This document shows, piece by piece, positions 13,952 through 15,599 of a stretch of 15,599 nucleotides of DNA (its first letter is position 1; every line of letters starts with the position of its first letter). The stretch lies in assembly GCA_040752415.1 (NCBI GenBank), contig JBFMGU010000251.1, positions 1 to 15,599 of the forward strand, in the 5' to 3' direction. This DNA is from Myxococcota bacterium. GTDB taxonomy: Bacteria > Myxococcota > JACRCW01. Under the pieces are notes generated by a model. That model saw only the letters and a program-made list of their open reading frames with translations. It was not told where the DNA came from and ran no database searches. Position numbers and translations under genes: made by a program.

Positions 13952-15343
13952 ATGCCGCTGGCCGCTTCAACCGTCGTCGGTGTGTTTGTGTTGTTGGTGT
14001 TGGGTGCTGCCCCAACCCCGGACGGGGGGCTCACCGTCGCGGACGCGGCCCTTCCCCCGGCGGCGGACGGCGTGCCCGACGGCGGAGACGGCGGCGTGCT
14101 CCCCGAGGACGCGGACGACGAGGACGAGGACGAAGGGGACGAAGACGGCGACGTGGACGACGGGGAGGTGGAGTCGGCGGGGGAGCCGCCGGCGCCCACG
14201 GGTGGCCCGGTCTACCGCTACACCGCCGACCTCTCCGACGAGGAGGTGGAACGCCTGTGGCGCACCGACCCGGCGGCGCTGGGGAGCATCTCGGTGGGGT
14301 TCGCCGACCAGGGGCGGATGATCAACGCGGTGCAGATCAAGGACGGCGAGGGCTGGGTGGTGGTGGACCCCGCGGCGGCGTGGGGCGTGCAGGAGACGGT
14401 GGACGCGGTGATGGTGGCGCTGCGCGCGGTGCACCAGCAGTTCCCGGAAAGCGCGCCGCTGCGGGTGAACCACATCAGCAAGAAGGACGGCGGTTACCTG
14501 CGGCCGCACCAGTCGCACCAGGCGGGCCGCGACGTGGACCTGGCGTTCTATTACAGGTCGGACGTGCCGCCGGGATTCCGGGGACGTCGTGAGCACCTGA
14601 TCGACCCGGCGCGCAACTGGGCGCTGGTGCGCGCGCTCGCCACGCTCACCGACGTGCAGGTCATCCTGGTGGACCGTCGCATCCAGAAGGTGCTGTACGA
14701 CCACGCGCTCTCGATCGGCGAGGACAAGGCATGGCTGGACAGCATCTTCCGCGCGGGCAGCAAGGCGCTGGTGAAGCACGCCCGTCGTCACCGCGACCAC
14801 TTCCACGTGCGCTTCTACGCTCCGCGCGCGCAGGAGCTGGGGCGCCGCATCCAGCCGCTGCTGGCGCAGCGCCCCGACCAGAACCTGCTGGTGCACCGCA
14901 TCCGCTCGGGCGAGACGCTGGGTCACATCGCGCGGCGCTACGACACCAGCGTGCGGGCCATCATGAAGGCCAACCACATGCGTCGGACGTTCCTGCGCGT
15001 GGGGCGGACCATCGTGGTGCCGCTGCGGGGTCCGTGCACGCACTGCCCCTTGCCGCCGGAGGTGGTGGTGCCGCCCCGTCGGCTGCCGCCGCCCAGGCTG
15101 GACGGAGGAGCCGCCGCCCCGTCGCCACCGGATGCCGCGGTGGAATCCGCCCCGCGCGACGCCGCCGTCGACCTCGCCGCCCCCGACGGCGCCCGCGAGA
15201 TGACCGCGCCCGACGGCGGACCGGACGCCGCGACACCGGATGACGCCGGCGCGCCCCCCGACGCCGGGCCGGGAGAGAACGCCGGCACGCTCCCCGACGA
15301 CGCAGGCGGGGCCAACAACGGTGACCCGCTCGAGTCCGGCTGA
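13952..15343 (+). CDS. mepA: Penicillin-insensitive murein endopeptidase (MepA/M74 family) with a LysM domain
   Basis: Hydrophobic N-terminus; acidic tract; SISVG...GRMINA; WG..ETV; HQSHQAGRDVD and HRDHFHVR Zn-ligand motifs; LysM HRIRSGETLGHIARRYDTSVRAIMKAN; Pro/Asp/Ala/Gly tail. Start is ATG 13952 or GTG 13892. Confidence 0.85.
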   Translation: MPLAASTVVGVFVLLVLGAAPTPDGGLTVADAALPPAADGVPDGGDGGVLPEDADDEDEDEGDEDGDVDDGEVESAGEPPAPTGGPVYRYTADLSDEEVERLWRTDPAALGSISVGFADQGRMINAVQIKDGEGWVVVDPAAAWGVQETVDAVMVALRAVHQQFPESAPLRVNHISKKDGGYLRPHQSHQAGRDVDLAFYYRSDVPPGFRGRREHLIDPARNWALVRALATLTDVQVILVDRRIQKVLYDHALSIGEDKAWLDSIFRAGSKALVKHARRHRDHFHVRFYAPRAQELGRRIQPLLAQRPDQNLLVHRIRSGETLGHIARRYDTSVRAIMKANHMRRTFLRVGRTIVVPLRGPCTHCPLPPEVVVPPRRLPPPRLDGGAAAPSPPDAAVESAPRDAAVDLAAPDGAREMTAPDGGPDAATPDDAGAPPDAGPGENAGTLPDDAGGANNGDPLESG

Positions 15344-15480
15344 GCCCCGGGATTGGGCCGATGAGGCTGTCGCAGACCGGCTTTCACCGAGAATCCCGCT
15401 GGATACCGGCTTCATGCGCGAACTGTGGACTGCCGCTTCCACCGCTGGGCCGCTTCAAAGTCCACAGCATTCCTGGGCGT

Positions 15481-15599
15481 AAGCCCCGTCGAGCAAAGCT
15501 CTCCGGGGCTTCTTCCGTTGGGATGCGCTTCGCAGCCGTTCTCGTCGTCGACACGCTTTCCACAATGTAAGAAGCCCCGGAGAGCTCCGCTCGACGGGG
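15481..15599. repeat. Inverted doublet of a 31-bp self-palindromic unit (REP/REPIN-like or paired terminators), cut by the window edge
   Basis: 15484-15514 CCCCGTCGAGCAAAGCTCTCCGGGGCTTCTT versus the reverse complement of 15569-15599, CCCCGTCGAGCGGAGCTCTCCGGGGCTTCTT (29/31 identical), with a 54-nt spacer. Each unit folds as AAGCCCCG-NN-GAGC-loop-GCTC-NN-CGGGGCTT. Confidence 0.85.

Noticed and set aside
15365..15402. Cobalamin-riboswitch-like GGGA..CGGTGAAAGCCG on the minus strand, and hammerhead-like CCGATGAG on the plus strand
   Set aside because: The CCCGCAACTGT/B12-box is absent and no downstream gene lies on that strand; the hammerhead CUGAUGA/GAAA core is not intact.

Overview
A very GC-rich, gene-dense bacterial window that looks like Myxococcota. 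This is inferred from an FHA-sigma54 activator, an AgmX/PglI(GltG)-type C-terminal domain, a CglF/GltF-like module and DGG/PDA low-complexity tails. About 14 real CDSs can be separated from many antisense shadow ORFs. In order they are: a DUF3995-like membrane protein (partial) and an FMN-binding PNPOx-like protein behind a palindromic operator and apparently leaderless promoter; a DUF2167 protein; an FHA-GGDEF-like-sigma54 enhancer-binding protein; a small membrane protein; an exported CxxCH/TPR-like cytochrome c; an exported VIT-VWA protein; a LOG-family protein; a MORN-repeat/TonB-C-like lipoprotein; a sigma54-driven three-gene metal (probably copper) envelope operon; a coiled-coil protein; and a MepA-family endopeptidase with LysM. 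Four things stand out: (1) a ~400-nt non-coding minus-strand segment (about 4215-4620) made of consecutive hairpins capped by GNRA/CUUG tetraloops with strand-specific G-U pairs, a candidate undescribed large structured RNA; (2) a CglF/GltF gliding-motility-like module embedded in the VIT-VWA protein, two genes from a GltG-type TonB-C lipoprotein; (3) the sigma54 metal operon; and (4) a REP-like inverted doublet at the right end. All family assignments come from motif recognition by eye; no database search or folding program was run.
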